DNA of 64,000 bases from NCBI GenBank assembly GCA_031800475.1, contig DAPKRQ010000263.1, positions 14,547 through 78,546 of the forward strand, given 5' to 3'. The position numbers and the translations under genes were made by a program. The notes beneath the pieces are model-generated. The model was given only the letters and a program-made list of their open reading frames with translations. It did not search any database and was not told the origin of the DNA. This document shows, piece after piece, positions 61,152 to 64,000 of the stretch (position 1 is the stretch's first letter; every line of letters begins with the position of its first letter). The stretch is from Myxococcales bacterium LLY-WYZ-16_1. Lineage in GTDB: Bacteria > Myxococcota > Kuafuiibacteriia > Kuafuiibacteriales > Kuafuiibacteriaceae.

Positions 61152-61261
61152 ATCCAGCGCCGCGCTCGTTGCTCGGAACGCACTCTTCCCGAGCTTGAGA
61201 TCCATTCAGAATCTTCTCTACCTGGCTTGAATCCGAGTCTACCCCGTGGCAGACCGACGCC

Positions 61262-61633
61262 ATGGGTCGCATCTTCATCGCCCTGAGCACCATGCTCGCC
61301 ATGGCCTGCGGACCGGGCGGCGACACGAACAACGACTGCACCGGGGGCTTTTCGGGAGTACTCCTCGAAGAGTCGGGGGAAGAGGCCGGGTACTTTTCGG
61401 CTTTTCTCACTTTTGCCGACCCTGGTGAGACGAGCGAGCTACGCAGCGGGTTCTTCTTTTTGGAAGAATCTGATGAGATCCCGTCCACCATGACCGTCTC
61501 GGATGACGGCCAGATCATGCCGCAGAGCGGCAGGGTACAACTGACCGGGGTCCTGGAAACAGACGACTGCACGGCGTCGGGCCAGTGGACCGCCCTCGGC
61601 CGGTCCGGAACCTTCACGGCGGAAAAGCAATGA
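61262..61633 (+). CDS. Small hypothetical lipoprotein
   Basis: Lipobox LAMACG. 123 aa. Its stop overlaps the next start (ATGA). Confidence 0.4.
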   Translation: MGRIFIALSTMLAMACGPGGDTNNDCTGGFSGVLLEESGEEAGYFSAFLTFADPGETSELRSGFFFLEESDEIPSTMTVSDDGQIMPQSGRVQLTGVLETDDCTASGQWTALGRSGTFTAEKQ

Positions 61634-62556
61634 TGGCCAAGACTCGAACCCTCCTCCTATCCTTCCTGCTCGCCGGCTTGGCGATGACGGCGGCCTCGCC
61701 GGCTTTCGGTCAGGCTTGGGTCGGCGAAACCAACAGTCTGAGCCTCGGGGTCCAGTACACACTGGCGCCCTCGAACGAGATCGTTGAAGAAGAAGGTCTA
61801 AGCATCGGCAACACGGATCTGCTGGCCCAGATCGTGACGCTTTCCGCCGACTACGTCACCCCGATCCCCCGACTGGCAGTGCGGCTGCAGCTTCCGTTGG
61901 TCATCGTCGAGTATCAGGGCACGGACACCCCCGGTCTGGAGCGCCATGGTAGCCTGGACGATGGAAGCCTCCACCTGGTTCCGACAGACCTGCGGCTCGA
62001 CGTGCGATATGGAGTCCTGGTCGACCCCTTCGCCTTGGCTGTCAACTTGGGTGGCAGCCTCCCCACGCACGATTACGAGACCCAAGGATTCGCAGCACCG
62101 GGGCGCGGGATCGCGAAGTTCCATCTGGGAGCCTCGGTCGGTCGCACGCTCGAGCCCCTGCTGGACGAGCTTTTTTTCCAGGTGGGTTACGAGCTGACCC
62201 TCGGCGAAAACTTCTCGACCTCTGCACCGGAGACGTCCGAAATCTCGCAGCACTATTCGGACGTTTCGGCGACCATCGGATACTTCATCTTGCCGCAGCT
62301 TCCGGTGACCGTGGACTTCGACTACCACGTCCAGCACGACGGGATACGCTTTCTCGAATTCGGTGATTTGTCCTCGCCCCTTCAAGATTTTCACGATGCG
62401 CTCCTGCTCGAAGAGGTTGTGCTATTCGGTGGAAGCCTATCCTACTTCTTCGGAGAACGGCTGGCGGTTACCGGATTCGGGCGCGCATTCGTCGGCGGCG
62501 CGAACACCCGGAACCAGTACATCCTCGGCGCAAACTTCGACATTCGCGTCTTCTGA
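61630..62556 (+). CDS. Putative outer-membrane beta-barrel protein
   Basis: Signal peptide (TLLLSFLLAGLAMTAASPAFGQA). Alternating amphipathic strands. C-terminal NFDIRVF. Confidence 0.5.
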   Translation: MMAKTRTLLLSFLLAGLAMTAASPAFGQAWVGETNSLSLGVQYTLAPSNEIVEEEGLSIGNTDLLAQIVTLSADYVTPIPRLAVRLQLPLVIVEYQGTDTPGLERHGSLDDGSLHLVPTDLRLDVRYGVLVDPFALAVNLGGSLPTHDYETQGFAAPGRGIAKFHLGASVGRTLEPLLDELFFQVGYELTLGENFSTSAPETSEISQHYSDVSATIGYFILPQLPVTVDFDYHVQHDGIRFLEFGDLSSPLQDFHDALLLEEVVLFGGSLSYFFGERLAVTGFGRAFVGGANTRNQYILGANFDIRVF

Positions 62557-62617
62557 TCCTCGCCCCACAATTGTCACAGGGGCCCCTTGCGGCCACATCT
62601 TGCCGGCGTGCTAGCGT

Positions 62618-63121
62618 TTGCACGTGACCCAAATCTCGGTAACGCCGGAACTTCTGGTCCGGACCATCGTAGAGAACGGGGTGACCCACGTTCCCTATCT
62701 TCCGGACATCGAGCACGACAGCACGTATCAGCTCATGTCCCGGGCGCCGTCCTTGACGATGATTCCCGTATCTCGCGAGGGCGAGACGATGGCGGTCGCG
62801 GCCGGGCTCATCGTGGGAGGCAAAAAGCCCCTGATCGTCATTCAAAATACCGGAATGTTCGAGTCCGGAGATTCGATCCGAGGATTCGGCCACTACGCTC
62901 GGATCCCGTTCGTCATGATGGTGGGATACCGAGGCTGGGATCCGGCGGGCCATCCGAAGGATTCGGCTGCGGTGTACACTGAGCCTGTACTCGAAGCCTG
63001 GGGGATCCGCTCGTTCCCGATTCTCGAGGACGCCGACCTGAGCCGGATTGCGGCGGCCTATTCCACCGCGACCGAGACCGGGAAGCCCACGGCCATTCTC
63101 CTGCCGGAGGAAACCAAGTGA
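62618..63121 (+). CDS. Thiamine-diphosphate decarboxylase, alpha subunit (TPP-enzyme N-terminal domain; sulfopyruvate/phosphonopyruvate-decarboxylase ComD-like)
   Basis: 167 aa with the TPP_enzyme_N pattern (VSREGETMAVAAGLIVGGKKPLIVIQNTGMFESGD ... VGYRGW). Its stop overlaps the beta-subunit start. Confidence 0.6.
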   Translation: MHVTQISVTPELLVRTIVENGVTHVPYLPDIEHDSTYQLMSRAPSLTMIPVSREGETMAVAAGLIVGGKKPLIVIQNTGMFESGDSIRGFGHYARIPFVMMVGYRGWDPAGHPKDSAAVYTEPVLEAWGIRSFPILEDADLSRIAAAYSTATETGKPTAILLPEETK

Positions 63122-63699
63122 TCCGAGTTTCCGAGTTGTTCGCTCGCTTCGAATCCCGCCGGGATGGCGCCATCGTCATTCCATGCCAGACCGCTCGCCA
63201 GCCCTGGTTCGACGTGAGCCGCGAGCCGGACTTGGACGTGCACTTTCGGGGTTGCATGGGCAAAGGCTCGTCGCTGGGGCTGGGCCTGGCTATGGCTCGC
63301 CCCGAGCGGCCGGTTTGGGTGTTCGACGGGGACGGAAGCCTTCTGATGAACCTGGGGACAATGGCCACCATCGTCGCGCAGGCTCCGCCCAACTACTCCC
63401 TGTTCGTCCTCGAGAACGGAGTCTACGCCGGAACCGGAGGGCAGCCGGTTCCCGCTCGCGACAAGTTGTCCTTCGAGGGGCTGGCTCGAGCCGCTGGTTT
63501 CGAGCGCACTTTCACCGCCGACACCATCCAGCAGGTCGACCAGAACCTGGATGCTTGGCTCCAATGGACCGGACCGGTATTCGGAGCTTTTCGGACCGAG
63601 ATCGTGCCCGGTGGCAATCGCCTTCGGGACCAGCTGCCTCATCTTTGGGATTGCCTCGGCCGGCTTCGCTCCCGCCTGGCCCATCCACCAGCTTCTTGA
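63118..63699 (+). CDS. Thiamine-diphosphate decarboxylase, beta subunit (TPP-binding domain; ComE-like)
   Basis: ThDP-binding GDG...N motif: VFDGDGSLLMNLGTMATIVAQAPPNYSLFVLENGVYAGTGGQ. Confidence 0.65.
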   Translation: MIRVSELFARFESRRDGAIVIPCQTARQPWFDVSREPDLDVHFRGCMGKGSSLGLGLAMARPERPVWVFDGDGSLLMNLGTMATIVAQAPPNYSLFVLENGVYAGTGGQPVPARDKLSFEGLARAAGFERTFTADTIQQVDQNLDAWLQWTGPVFGAFRTEIVPGGNRLRDQLPHLWDCLGRLRSRLAHPPAS

Positions 63700-63718
63700 A
63701 CGAGAATCCGGAGAATGG

Positions 63719-64000
63719 TCATGAGTGCACGAACGCTCTTCGACAAAGTTTGGGAACAGCACGAGGTCACCCGCCGGGAGGATGGGACCACGCTGCTCTA
63801 CATCGACCGGCATTTCCTCCATGAAGGATCGTTTCATGCCTTTGCCGCGCTACAGATGGCTCAAAGGACCGTACGCCGCCCCGACGCGACATTCGCTTGC
63901 GCGGATCACTACGTTCCCACCCAGAACCAGCGGAAAGGTCTGGAGGGCATCGAGAACGCCGAGATTCGCAACATGGTGCGCCTGCTTCACGAGCACACCG
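63719..64000 (+). CDS. Aconitase-family dehydratase large subunit (3-isopropylmalate dehydratase LeuC / homoaconitase-like), 3'-truncated by the window end
   Basis: N-terminus TLFDKVWEQHEV...TLLYIDRHFLHEGSFHAF matches the LeuC pattern TLYEKLWDAHVV...LLYIDRHLVHEVTSPQAF. Confidence 0.7.

Overview
This is a very high-GC (about 70%) bacterial chromosomal segment, densely coded on both strands. I support about 50 CDS, one tRNA and several repeats or candidate regulatory sites. I found no transposase, integrase, prophage or CRISPR signatures. The gene content is typical of a myxobacterium (Myxococcota-like) but the organism cannot be named from sequence alone. The myxobacterial flavour comes from the alpha-2-macroglobulin/pbpC pair, an ElbD-like ether-lipid enzyme, FHA and PP2C signalling proteins, and many lipoproteins. 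Housekeeping genes are interleaved with envelope, lipid and signalling genes. The housekeeping set is fumC, prfC, queC, ldh, kdsC, tRNA-Leu and tig-clpP-clpX. The accessory genes of most interest are described in the findings: a coupled low-complexity protein / GH57 / Omp85 operon and an ElbD/ElbE-like lipid module; a cysteine-rich repeat lipoprotein and an FHA protein coupled to an NTAQ1 homologue; tandem DNA repeats at 42245-42334, 44430-44525 and 25465-25577; a GGDD beta-solenoid lipoprotein beside a PP2C sensor; a lower-GC secreted-protein island; and a split decarboxylase with a LeuC-like gene at the window end. All calls come from reading the translations and nucleotides by eye. No database searches were run, so family names rest on remembered motifs and should be confirmed by HMM or BLAST.
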